NCBI GenBank assembly: GCA_934130045.1
Contig: CAKOXI010000005.1
Coordinates: 1 to 62,482 of the forward strand
DNA: 62,482 nt
Direction: 5' to 3'
DNA from: an uncultured Bacilli bacterium
Lineage (GTDB): Bacteria; Bacillota_I; Bacilli_A; RF39; UBA660
Within the stretch, counting starts at the first letter, position 1. Every line of letters begins with the position of its first letter. Under the pieces are notes generated by a model, which saw only the letters and a program-made list of their open reading frames with translations, searched no databases and was not told the DNA's origin. Positions 18,300 to 28,082 of the stretch are shown piece after piece. The position numbers and the translations under genes were made by a program.

Positions 18300-20084
18300 A
18301 TGATGATTGAACTACAGTATCCATTTGATGTTGATTATATATTTCAAAATAAAAGAAAAATAAAAAAACAGTTGTTATTAAAACAAAATTTAATTGAAAA
18401 AAATATTGCGATTTTAGGTGGTTCTACAACTGGTGAGATAAAAAATATTTTAGAAATTTTTTTATTAAATTATGGAATTAAACCTAATTTTTATGAATCT
18501 AAATATAACATGTATTATGAAGATGCAATGTTCTTTAATGATGAGTTAATTAATTTTAAACCTGATATTGTATATATACATACAACTTTAAAAAATATTT
18601 TAAAGTTTCCAACTATTAATGATAATGAAGAAAAAATAAATGATTTATTAGATAGTCAATATTTAAAATTTGAAAGTATGTGGAATAGTATCTATAAAAA
18701 ATTTAATTCAGTTATAATTCAAAATAATTTTGAGTATCCGAGTTATAGATTACTTGGAAATAAAGATGCTAGTGATATCCATGGGAAAATAAATTTTATT
18801 ACAAAGTTGAATCAAAGATTTTATGATTATGCTAATAAAAATAGAAATTTTTTTATTAATGATATAAATTATGTATCATCTTGTTATGGATTAGATAAAT
18901 GGTTAAATGATTTTTATTGGCATCAATATAAATATGCTATGGATTTTTCTGCAATACCATATTTAGCTTTTAATTTAGCTAATATTATAAAATCTATTTA
19001 TGGATATAATAAGAAATCAGTAATATTAGATTTAGATAATACATTATGGGGTGGAGTTATTAGTGAAGATGGTCTTGATAAAATAAAGATAGGTAATGGT
19101 AATCCTATAGGGGAAGCTTATTTAGAGTTTCAAAAATATTTAAAAGAATTAAAAAGCATTGGAATTGTTTTAAATATAAATTCTAAAAATTATTATGAAG
19201 ATGCAATAATGGGATTAAATAGTCAGTTTTGCCTATTGAAACCTAATGATTTTGTTATTATTAAAAGTAATTGGGAAAACAAAAATATAAATGTTGATTC
19301 TATTGTTCATGATTTAAATTTGGGGAATGAAGCTTTTGTTTTTGTTGATGATAATCCTGTAGAAAGAAATTTGGTAAGAATTAGTAATATTGGTGTTTCT
19401 GTTCCAGAGGTAAATAAAATAGAAGAATACATTAAAATTATTGATCACAATGGCTATTTTGAGATAACTAATTTTTCTAATGAGGATTTAAATAAAACTG
19501 AGTTATATAAATCAAATCTTAAAAGAAGTGAAAATGTGAAAATGTATAATAATTATAGAGATTATTTGTTATCACTTAATATGGTTGCTGAAATTGAATC
19601 ATTTAAATCAATTTATATGGATAGAATTTGTCAACTTATAAATAAAAGTAATCAGTTTAATTTAACGACTAAAAGATATTCATGCTCTAGTCTTGAGGCA
19701 ATCAAAAATGATAATAGTTTTATTACTTTATATGGTAAATTATCTGATATTTATGGTGATAATGGATTAGTATCAATAGTTATTGGAAAGATAAAAGAAG
19801 ATTTTACTTTGCATATTGACTTATGGGTTATGAGTTGTAGAGTTTTAAAACGTGATTTAGAGTTTGCAATGATGAATAAACTTGTGAATGTTGCTAAAAA
19901 AAATCATTTAAAATACATATATGGATATTATTATCCTACTTTAAAAAATGAAATGGTTAGTGATTTTTATAGTAAATGTGGATTTGAAGAAATTTCAAAT
20001 ACCTGTGATAGTAAAATATACAAATTAGATATATTAAATTTTAATTATATGGATGTACCAATTGAGGTGAAGAATAATGCATGA
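18300..20084 (+). CDS. FkbH-like HAD-IIIC family protein with GNAT-like C-terminal domain
   Basis: LDLDNTLWGGVISEDG (DxDxT), NINSKN, FVDDNPVERN, and C-terminal WVMSCRVLKRDLE, which is typical of the FkbH family. Confidence 0.8.
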   Translation: MMIELQYPFDVDYIFQNKRKIKKQLLLKQNLIEKNIAILGGSTTGEIKNILEIFLLNYGIKPNFYESKYNMYYEDAMFFNDELINFKPDIVYIHTTLKNILKFPTINDNEEKINDLLDSQYLKFESMWNSIYKKFNSVIIQNNFEYPSYRLLGNKDASDIHGKINFITKLNQRFYDYANKNRNFFINDINYVSSCYGLDKWLNDFYWHQYKYAMDFSAIPYLAFNLANIIKSIYGYNKKSVILDLDNTLWGGVISEDGLDKIKIGNGNPIGEAYLEFQKYLKELKSIGIVLNINSKNYYEDAIMGLNSQFCLLKPNDFVIIKSNWENKNINVDSIVHDLNLGNEAFVFVDDNPVERNLVRISNIGVSVPEVNKIEEYIKIIDHNGYFEITNFSNEDLNKTELYKSNLKRSENVKMYNNYRDYLLSLNMVAEIESFKSIYMDRICQLINKSNQFNLTTKRYSCSSLEAIKNDNSFITLYGKLSDIYGDNGLVSIVIGKIKEDFTLHIDLWVMSCRVLKRDLEFAMMNKLVNVAKKNHLKYIYGYYYPTLKNEMVSDFYSKCGFEEISNTCDSKIYKLDILNFNYMDVPIEVKNNA

Positions 20085-20322
20085 AAAAGATATTTATGAT
20101 AAATTAAATAAAGTATTTCAAACAGTATTTGATGATGATAGTATTGTAGTCAATTGTTCTACAAATTCTAGTGATATTGCTGATTGGGATAGCTTAGAAC
20201 ATATAAATTTGCTTGTTGCAGTTGAAAAAAGCTTTGGTATTAAATTTGATATGAGTGAAGTAATAGATATGAATAATGTTGGTGATATGGTAAAAATTAT
20301 ATTATTAAAATTAAACAAATAG
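20077..20322 (+). CDS. Acyl/peptidyl carrier protein
   Basis: 81 aa. Phosphopantetheine-attachment type motif DIADWDSLEHINL. The ATG overlaps the stop of the FkbH-like gene (ATGCATGA). Confidence 0.8.
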   Translation: MHEKDIYDKLNKVFQTVFDDDSIVVNCSTNSSDIADWDSLEHINLLVAVEKSFGIKFDMSEVIDMNNVGDMVKIILLKLNK

Positions 20323-20339
20323 TTTTAAGTGGTAATTAT

Positions 20340-21866
20340 ATGAGTTTAGTTTCTTTAAAATTTTTGTTTTTTTGTTTATTTGTAATTATGGTTTACTTTA
20401 TTACACCTAAAAAATTTCAATGGATTATTTTACTTTTATCCAGTATCTTTTTTCTTTTTTATAAAAATTTTAGTTTTTTTTCTGTGTTACAAGCTCTTAT
20501 TGTCTTAATAACTAGTTATTTTTTTGCTATTAAAATATATCAAAATAAATCATCAAAAAAGTCTAAACATTTTTTAATTTTAGGAATAACAATAATATTA
20601 AGTCAATTATTTTATTTAAAATATTCTAATTTAATTTTGATAACATTAAATCATTTATTTAATTTTTTTAACATTGATTTTAATTTAGATTTAGTATATA
20701 GAAATTCATTAATTGGTATTAGTTATTATTCCTTAATTATGATTGGGTATTTAATAGATGTTTATAGAGGTATGTGTGTTCCACAAAAAAATATTTTTAA
20801 ATGTGCTTTATTTATGACATATTTTCCTATTTTAACATCTGGTCCCTTTGTAAGATATAATAATATGCAGAATGAATTATATAATGGTCATAAATTAAAT
20901 TATGATAGATTATGTATGGGACTTATTAGAATTCTTTTTGGAATGTTTAAGGTACTTGTGATATCTAAAAGAATTGGTTTTTATGTTGACTCTGTATATG
21001 GTAATTTAGCTAATTATCAGGGATTATTTGTTGTAATTGCGATTTTTTTATTTCCAATCCAATTGTATACAAATTTTTCAGGCTCGATTGATATTATTAT
21101 GGGAATCTCAGAAATTATTGGCATTAATTTACCAGAAAATTTTAAAACACCATTTTTTTCTAAAACAATTACTGAATTTTGGAGAAAATGGCATATAACT
21201 TTAGGATCTTGGCTTAGAGATTATATATTTTATCCAATTGCTAAATCAGATTTTATACAGAATTTTCGCACATTTATTACAAAAAAGTGTGGTAAGTGGT
21301 GTGGTAGAAAATTGCCAATATATTTATCTATGTTGGTTATGTGGTTATTAATAGGAATTTGGCATGGAGGGGAATATAAATATATTATAAGTTCTGGAAT
21401 ATTACAATTTATCATCATGGTATTAGAGGATATTTTAGAACCTGTTTTTATTAAAATAAATAAAAAAATTGGTATAAAAAATGATGTTTTTAGTTATAAA
21501 CTATATCAGTGTTTAAGAACTTATTGTTTATTTTCATTTGCTATGATTTTTTTTAGAGCATCTAGTATTACAAATGCGTTTGAAATAATAAAAAATATGT
21601 TTATATGGAATCCATGGATTTTATTTGATGGTTCATTATATTATGCTGGTTTGGATGCACCGGATTTTAAAGTTTTAATTATTGCAATTTTTGTTTTATT
21701 GATAGTTGAAATAATTGGACAAAGTGGTTCTGTAAGGGAAAAATTATTCAATCAAAATATAATTTTTAGATGGACAATTATATATATGCTAATATTTTTT
21801 GTTGTAATTTTTGGTTGTTATGGTGTTGGGTATGATGCTACTCAGTTTATCTATGGAAAATTCTAG
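20340..21866 (+). CDS. MBOAT family membrane O-acyltransferase (DltB/AlgI-like)
   Basis: 508 aa polytopic. FWRKWHITLGSWLRDYIFYP and IGIWHGG (conserved His) motifs. Confidence 0.88.
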   Translation: MSLVSLKFLFFCLFVIMVYFITPKKFQWIILLLSSIFFLFYKNFSFFSVLQALIVLITSYFFAIKIYQNKSSKKSKHFLILGITIILSQLFYLKYSNLILITLNHLFNFFNIDFNLDLVYRNSLIGISYYSLIMIGYLIDVYRGMCVPQKNIFKCALFMTYFPILTSGPFVRYNNMQNELYNGHKLNYDRLCMGLIRILFGMFKVLVISKRIGFYVDSVYGNLANYQGLFVVIAIFLFPIQLYTNFSGSIDIIMGISEIIGINLPENFKTPFFSKTITEFWRKWHITLGSWLRDYIFYPIAKSDFIQNFRTFITKKCGKWCGRKLPIYLSMLVMWLLIGIWHGGEYKYIISSGILQFIIMVLEDILEPVFIKINKKIGIKNDVFSYKLYQCLRTYCLFSFAMIFFRASSITNAFEIIKNMFIWNPWILFDGSLYYAGLDAPDFKVLIIAIFVLLIVEIIGQSGSVREKLFNQNIIFRWTIIYMLIFFVVIFGCYGVGYDATQFIYGKF

Positions 21867-21874
21867 GTGAATGT

Positions 21875-22909
21875 ATGAAAAAAATATTTAAAATTATTTG
21901 CTTTACTTCAATTTTAATTTTATTATGGAAGTATGTATTTTCTATATTGTGGTTACCAAAAAACAATATATCTTTTTTCTATGATGAGAAAGAAAATAGT
22001 ATTGATGTTATATATATTGGGGGTAGTAATGTTCATCATCATTTCAATAATTTATTAGCATACCACCTATATGGATTTACTACTTATCTTTTATCATCCG
22101 GAATTCAGCAATTTACACTTACAAAATCTCTTATTGAAGAATCAAGAAAATATCAAAATCCTAAATTGTATGTTATTGACCTAGCAAGATTAACTGATGA
22201 TTTTGAATCATCCTATAATGAACCATGGGGGAGATTTGTAGTTGATTCTCTTAAAAATTCTAAAACTAGAACAATGGCAATTAATGAAATGTTAGAATAT
22301 GCTAAAGTAGAAAAATCACAATATATAAATTATTATTTTAGTTTTTTTAAATATCATAACAGCTGGAAAGATATTAATAGGCAAAGTTTTAATAGCACTT
22401 TAAATGAATTTAAAGGTTATTATGCTTATGATTATGCATTTGAAGTAAATCCACAGGAAACATTTGTATGGAAAGATGATATTGAGCCATTAGAACCTGA
22501 TAATGAAAAAGTTTTACTTGATTTAATTGAGTATATAGAAAATAATGATTTAAATGTTTTATTTGTAATTCCTAAAAGTACTTTTTGGACACCTAATTAT
22601 GAAAGACTTAATTATGCAACTGAAATTATTAAAAAGCACAATTTGGATATTATAAATTTTAATAAATTAGATGATATTGATTTAAATTATGAAACAGATT
22701 TTTATGATAAGATTCATTTAAACGTATATGGTGCAACCAAATATACACTGTATTTTTCAAAATATTTAAAAGAAAAATATAATCTAGGTAATAATCAAGA
22801 TGATGAAATATTTTCTTCTTGGAACCAAGAGTATAATAGATTTGTAGATAAATTTAATAATGTTACTGGAGAAAATTTTGAAAGTATTTTAGAAAGATAT
22901 TTAAAATAA
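21875..22909 (+). CDS. N-terminally anchored SGNH/DltD-like (DHHW-type) extracytoplasmic acyltransferase or esterase, copy 1
   Basis: Single N-terminal TM. Block I-like YIGGSNV. Block V-like DFYDKIHLNVYG (DxxH). Directly downstream of the MBOAT gene. Confidence 0.6.
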   Translation: MKKIFKIICFTSILILLWKYVFSILWLPKNNISFFYDEKENSIDVIYIGGSNVHHHFNNLLAYHLYGFTTYLLSSGIQQFTLTKSLIEESRKYQNPKLYVIDLARLTDDFESSYNEPWGRFVVDSLKNSKTRTMAINEMLEYAKVEKSQYINYYFSFFKYHNSWKDINRQSFNSTLNEFKGYYAYDYAFEVNPQETFVWKDDIEPLEPDNEKVLLDLIEYIENNDLNVLFVIPKSTFWTPNYERLNYATEIIKKHNLDIINFNKLDDIDLNYETDFYDKIHLNVYGATKYTLYFSKYLKEKYNLGNNQDDEIFSSWNQEYNRFVDKFNNVTGENFESILERYLK

Positions 22910-22945
22910 TAATTGTTATATGCGATAATGAAATAGGTGGTTTTT

Positions 22946-23989
22946 ATGAAGAAAATAGTAAAAGTTATTTTGTTTATTACTTTTTTATTTGTTTTATGGA
23001 AAATAGTATTTTCAGTATTATGGTTACCAAAAAATAATATTTCGTATTTTTATGAAGAGCCAAAAAATACATTAGATATTATTTATATTGGAGCTAGTAA
23101 TGTTGATCAACATTTTAATCCTTTATTAGCGTTTGATTTGTATGGATTTACGACTGGATTTTTGTCAACAAGTTCTCAACCTTTTATTGCAACAAAATTA
23201 CTTATTCAAGAATCTTTAAAAAAACAAAAACCTAGTCTTTATATTATTGACTTAATTAGATCACAAGATGATTTTAGTTTTGATTATAGTGAAGCAAGGA
23301 CAAGAGAAGTGGTTGATCCTATACCATTTTCTATTAATAAAATAAATACTATAAATCAAATTTTGAAATATGGAAAAGTATCAAATGATGAATATATATA
23401 TTATTATTTTAGTTTTTTTAAATATCATAATATTTGGAAAGAAAGTTATAATAGTCGTTTATATAAAATTAAAAATAAATATAAAGGTTATACTTTTTAT
23501 GCAGATAATTTAAAACAAAATCCTCAAAAAGAAAATATTTGGAAAGATGAAATAATTGAAATGGAAAATGATAATAAAATGGTTTTATTAGAGTTACTTG
23601 ATTATATAAAAAAGGAAAATTTAAATGTTTTATTTGTTGTTCCTAATGTATGTGATAATTGGACTCCTAATCAGGAGAGAATTAATGATGCTATAAGAGT
23701 AATTGAGCAAAATGGTTATAATGTAATTAACTTTAATAAATGGCATGATTTTATAGTAGATTATGAAACTGATTTTTATAATTCATCACATTTAAATATA
23801 TATGGAGCAACCAAATATACTCTATATTTATCTGAGTATTTAAAAAATAATTATAAATTACCAAATCATAAAGGTGATATAAATTTTGAAACATGGCAAG
23901 ATGGTTACTATCTTTTTAAGAATGAACTTTATAATTCTTACAGAATAAATTTTGATAGTATTTTACTTAAATATAAACAAAATTATTAA
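22946..23989 (+). CDS. N-terminally anchored SGNH/DltD-like protein, copy 2
   Basis: Collinear paralogue of the 21875-22909 product (WLPKNNIS.FY.E, YIGASNV, NVLFV.P, DFYNSSHLNIYGATKYTLY). AGGTGG RBS before the ATG at 22946. Confidence 0.6.
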   Translation: MKKIVKVILFITFLFVLWKIVFSVLWLPKNNISYFYEEPKNTLDIIYIGASNVDQHFNPLLAFDLYGFTTGFLSTSSQPFIATKLLIQESLKKQKPSLYIIDLIRSQDDFSFDYSEARTREVVDPIPFSINKINTINQILKYGKVSNDEYIYYYFSFFKYHNIWKESYNSRLYKIKNKYKGYTFYADNLKQNPQKENIWKDEIIEMENDNKMVLLELLDYIKKENLNVLFVVPNVCDNWTPNQERINDAIRVIEQNGYNVINFNKWHDFIVDYETDFYNSSHLNIYGATKYTLYLSEYLKNNYKLPNHKGDINFETWQDGYYLFKNELYNSYRINFDSILLKYKQNY

Positions 23990-24032
23990 TTTATGATAAA
24001 ATTATTATAGTCTATAAAATAGAGGTGATAAC

Positions 24033-26177
24033 ATGAATGAAAATATAATTCTAGAAATTAGCAAAAATTTAAATATAAAAACAAGTCAAGTTGAAGCTGT
24101 TTTAAAATTGTTAGCAGATGGTAATACAATACCTTTTATTGCTCGTTATAGAAAAGAAGCAACTGGTGCTTTAGATGAAGAAATTATAAGAAGTATCAAT
24201 GAAGTATATGAATATCAAGTAAATTTACTTAAGAGAAAAGAGGATGTTATTCGTTTAATTGACGAGAAGGGACTTCTTACAGATGAATTAAAAATGTCAA
24301 TTATGAGTGCTACTAAATTAGTAGAAGTAGAGGATTTATATAGACCATTTAAAGAAAAAAAGAAAACAAAAGCAACAGACGCTATAAATAATGGTCTTGA
24401 GCCACTTGCTAAAATTATTATGAGTTTTCCTATTAATGGAAATATAGAGGAAATATCAAATAAATTTTTAAACGATAAAGTTGGAAATGTAAATGATGCT
24501 ATAATGGGCGCAAAATATATTATTGCAGAATGGATTAGTGATAATGCATTTTATAGAAAAGGTATTAGAAATTATTACTATCATAATGGCATTTTAACTA
24601 GTAAAATAAAGAAAAATGCTAAAGATGAATTAGAAACATATAAAATGTATTATGATTATAGTGAAAAAATAAAAGGTATAAAAGCGCACCGTATTTTAGC
24701 TATCAATCGTGGTGAAAAAGAAGGTATATTAAGTGTTTCAATTGATGTTAATAATGATGAAATCGTTTCATATTTAGAAAACAAAATAATAAAAAATAAA
24801 AATTCTTTTGTATGTGAAATAGTAATTGAAGCAATAAAGGATAGTCTTAAACGTTTAATTTTACCTAGTATTGAAAGAGAAGTTAGAAGTGAACTTAAAA
24901 GTGATAGTGAAGTAGTTGCTATAGAAAATTTTTCTAAGAATGTAGAAAGTTTACTATTAACTCCACCAATAAAAGATAAAGTTGTATTAGGGTTTGATCC
25001 AGCTTTTAGAACAGGTTGTAAGTTAGCTGTATTAGATCCAACAGGTAAAGTTTTAAATATATCAGTTATATATCCTACAGAACCACATAATAAAATAGAA
25101 GAAAGCAAAAAAATTGTTTTAGATTTAATTGATAAATATGATATTGATATAATAGCAATAGGAAATGGTACTGCATCACGTGAATCTGAAGCATTTATTG
25201 CTGATTGTATAAAGGAATCAAAAAGAAAAGTGGAATATATAATTGTAAGTGAGGCAGGTGCATCGGTTTATTCTGCATCAAAACTAGCTATTAGTGAATT
25301 TCCAGATTTAACAGTTGAGAAAAGAAGTGCCATAAGTATTGGAAGAAGGCTTCAAGATGCCTTATCTGAACTTGTTAAAATTGATCCCAAAAGCATTGGA
25401 GTAGGATTATATCAACATGATGTAACACCTAAAAAACTTGATGAATCACTTGATTTTGTTGTAACTAAAGCAGTTAACCAAGTAGGTGTAAACGTAAATA
25501 CAGCTTCTCCATCGTTATTAAAATATGTATCTGGTATGAACAAAAAGGCAATAGATGAGTTAATTAGTTACCGTGATAATTTTGGTAAAATAAAATCACG
25601 TGATGAGATCAAAAAAATAAAAGGAATATCCGATAAAGTATTTGAACAGTCGGTAGGTTTTATGCGCATTCTTGATGGAACTAATCCTTTGGATAAAACT
25701 TCTATTCATCCAGAAAATTATAAAGATGCATTAAAATTACTAAATTTTTTAGATTTGAGTGTTAATGATATTGGGACAGATAAATTACGTTTTAAATTAA
25801 ATGATATTAATATAAGTGATTGTAATTTGGATATTGATAAATATACATTTGAAGATATAAAGAAATCACTTATGCAACCATCTCGTGATCCGAGAGACTC
25901 ATTACCTCGTCCAATTTTAAAAAGTGATATTTTACATGCATCAGATTTACATGTGGGAGATAAATTACAAGGTACAGTTAGAAATGTAGTAGATTTTGGT
26001 CTATTTATAGATGTTGGATTACATAACGATTGTCTTGCTCATATTTCTAAATTATCGGATAAATATTTACGTCATCCATCGGAAATGTTTAGTGTGGGTG
26101 ATATAGTAGATTGTTATGTTATTGAAATAGATAAAGATAAGGAAAAAGTATCACTTTCTTTAATAGAAGAAAAATAG
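24033..26177 (+). CDS. tex: Tex-like transcription accessory protein with S1 RNA-binding domain
   Basis: 714 aa. N-terminal IPFIARYRKEATG, YqgF/RuvC-like middle, HhH region, C-terminal S1 domain (GDKLQGTVRNVVDFGLFIDVG). Confidence 0.9.
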   Translation: MNENIILEISKNLNIKTSQVEAVLKLLADGNTIPFIARYRKEATGALDEEIIRSINEVYEYQVNLLKRKEDVIRLIDEKGLLTDELKMSIMSATKLVEVEDLYRPFKEKKKTKATDAINNGLEPLAKIIMSFPINGNIEEISNKFLNDKVGNVNDAIMGAKYIIAEWISDNAFYRKGIRNYYYHNGILTSKIKKNAKDELETYKMYYDYSEKIKGIKAHRILAINRGEKEGILSVSIDVNNDEIVSYLENKIIKNKNSFVCEIVIEAIKDSLKRLILPSIEREVRSELKSDSEVVAIENFSKNVESLLLTPPIKDKVVLGFDPAFRTGCKLAVLDPTGKVLNISVIYPTEPHNKIEESKKIVLDLIDKYDIDIIAIGNGTASRESEAFIADCIKESKRKVEYIIVSEAGASVYSASKLAISEFPDLTVEKRSAISIGRRLQDALSELVKIDPKSIGVGLYQHDVTPKKLDESLDFVVTKAVNQVGVNVNTASPSLLKYVSGMNKKAIDELISYRDNFGKIKSRDEIKKIKGISDKVFEQSVGFMRILDGTNPLDKTSIHPENYKDALKLLNFLDLSVNDIGTDKLRFKLNDINISDCNLDIDKYTFEDIKKSLMQPSRDPRDSLPRPILKSDILHASDLHVGDKLQGTVRNVVDFGLFIDVGLHNDCLAHISKLSDKYLRHPSEMFSVGDIVDCYVIEIDKDKEKVSLSLIEEK

Positions 26178-26187
26178 GGGAGAATAT

Positions 26188-26847
26188 ATGAAAATTAAAA
26201 AATTTGCGCAATCATGTTTAATGATTGATTATAAAAATGTAAGAATTTTGGTAGATCCAGGTAATGTTGATTATTTTGAGGGACTATTGGATTTATGGAC
26301 AAGTATTAATATTATTATTGTTACTCATGCCCATGCTGATCATTGTCATGCAAATATAATAAAAAAAATAATCGAAAGAGACAATGCAATATTATATACA
26401 ACAAAAGAGGTATTAAATATTTATCCTGATTTAAAAGGCATTGTTATTAAATCTGGCGATAAGATAAATTTCTCTAGTAGTTTTAATATTACAGTTACAA
26501 AGGCAATTCACGGATATTTACCATTTATGAAAGATAACGAGGTAAAGGAAAATATAGGTCTAATTATTAATGATTCTATTAATAAAATTTATATTACCGG
26601 TGATACATTGTCATTTAATAATGATTATAAGTGTGATTATCTATTTATTCCATTTTCAAATCATGGTATCACAACAGGAATTTATGATGGGTTGATGTTT
26701 GCTAAAGAAACTGGTGCTAAAACTGTTATACCAATGAATATAGAGGATAAGTTATATTCTACTGATACTAATGAGTTAATAGATATGGCAGAAAAATTAA
26801 AAATTAACTTAAAAATAATGAAAGTTAATGATGTTATTGAAATGTAA
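26188..26847 (+). CDS. MBL-fold metallo-hydrolase
   Basis: VTHAHADHC metal-binding motif, 219 aa. Confidence 0.75.
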   Translation: MKIKKFAQSCLMIDYKNVRILVDPGNVDYFEGLLDLWTSINIIIVTHAHADHCHANIIKKIIERDNAILYTTKEVLNIYPDLKGIVIKSGDKINFSSSFNITVTKAIHGYLPFMKDNEVKENIGLIINDSINKIYITGDTLSFNNDYKCDYLFIPFSNHGITTGIYDGLMFAKETGAKTVIPMNIEDKLYSTDTNELIDMAEKLKINLKIMKVNDVIEM

Positions 26848-26866
26848 GGTATAATATTTTTTATAA

Positions 26867-26892
26867 AGTTACTAAAAAAAGTAACTTTTTTG
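26867..26892 (+). terminator. Intrinsic terminator
   Basis: AGTTACT (26867-26873) / AGTAACT (26880-26886) with A6 loop, followed by a T-run. Confidence 0.65.
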
Positions 26893-26949
26893 TTTGTTTT
26901 TATAAAATCTATGTTATAATATAATTCCCAAAAAGAGAGGATAATCATT

Positions 26950-27552
26950 ATGTATGTTAATTTATATAACAATTTAGTGAAAATTTTCAATGACAGTATA
27001 CCAAAAGATGTAAACTTAATTTCAAATAAATATGATTTAATTGGAAATTATGATGTATATTATTCTGATTTTAAAAAATATTGTAAAAATTATGATGGCA
27101 ATTTTAATGGTTATATATGTAATTATTATAATAGTAGTAAATTAATTGTATTAAAAAATTTTGATTTATATACTGAAAATTATATATTAATTGATAAAGA
27201 TAATTTAGAAAAAATGAGAATTAATATTATAAAAGAAAAAGATTCTATTAATCTATCATTATATTTAAATGATTGCTTTTATATAAAAAATATAATAAAT
27301 TATGAAAAGAAAAAAATTAAATCTGAAAAATTTTTATTTGGTTATAAAAATAATATGAATTATCTAAAGATATTTTATAAGAAGGGTTGTCCTAAAGTTA
27401 TTTTTAGTGGTTTAAGCGATAGAATAAAATATGTTGATGAAAATGATATTGCTGATTGTATTTTATCAATTCAAAATACATATAATGATTTGTATGAAAA
27501 TATTAAAAATATAATTGATTATAAGAAAGAGGAAAAGAGATATGGAAAATAG
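26950..27552 (+). CDS. Hypothetical protein
   Basis: 200-aa ORF with GAGAGGA RBS. No motif recognised. Confidence 0.4.
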   Translation: MYVNLYNNLVKIFNDSIPKDVNLISNKYDLIGNYDVYYSDFKKYCKNYDGNFNGYICNYYNSSKLIVLKNFDLYTENYILIDKDNLEKMRINIIKEKDSINLSLYLNDCFYIKNIINYEKKKIKSEKFLFGYKNNMNYLKIFYKKGCPKVIFSGLSDRIKYVDENDIADCILSIQNTYNDLYENIKNIIDYKKEEKRYGK

Positions 27553-27967
27553 GAATTATATGTTACCTAGTGATGAAAAATTAAAATTAATTAATAAATG
27601 GCTAAAATATATACCAGAAAATTGGTTATATGAAAATAATATAGTTAAATTAAATAATTATTTAAAAGTAATTAGATATAATATGGAAATTTCTGATATT
27701 ATTGAAGCATATTTTAATAACAAAAATAACGTTGAATTAAAATTTAAAATAATAGAAATTGGAAGTATAAATTTAGAAAATATTATTAATTTTAAAATTA
27801 ATGATGTAGAAAAAGCTGTTATTAAAAGTAAGATAGATTTAATTGATAATAAAGAGAAAGAAATAGAAAAAATAAAAAATATTAGTCTATTAAATAGATC
27901 TATGTTAGATGAATATTTATTATTTAAGTTAGAAAAAGAAGGATTAGAAAAAAAATTAGTAAAATAA
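27542..27967 (+). CDS. Hypothetical protein
   Basis: ATG at 27542 with AGAGGAAAAGAG RBS; overlaps the upstream ORF by 11 nt. No motif recognised. Confidence 0.4.
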   Translation: MENRNYMLPSDEKLKLINKWLKYIPENWLYENNIVKLNNYLKVIRYNMEISDIIEAYFNNKNNVELKFKIIEIGSINLENIINFKINDVEKAVIKSKIDLIDNKEKEIEKIKNISLLNRSMLDEYLLFKLEKEGLEKKLVK

Positions 27968-28082
27968 AAATGTTGGAATTATATTAATTTATATAATTCT
28001 TTTATTTTATATAAATAAATTTACTATATTGACACACAAACAAATGTTTGATAAAATGTTTCTAGTGATAGATGGTGATTAT

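Noticed and set aside
18300-21866. Considered whether FkbH-like + ACP is a fragment of a polyketide (methoxymalonyl/hydroxymalonyl-ACP) pathway.
   Set aside because: There is no ketosynthase, acyltransferase, dehydrogenase or O-methyltransferase, and no PKS/NRPS gene in the window. The immediate partners are an MBOAT and DltD-like proteins, which points to envelope acylation.
24656-25108. A 150-aa minus-strand ORF inside tex, a 96-aa one inside mraY (47533-47823) and a 102-aa one overlapping the MBL gene end (26682-26990).
   Set aside because: They are antisense to confidently identified conserved genes and have no independent signals. The last one also spans a terminator and a promoter.
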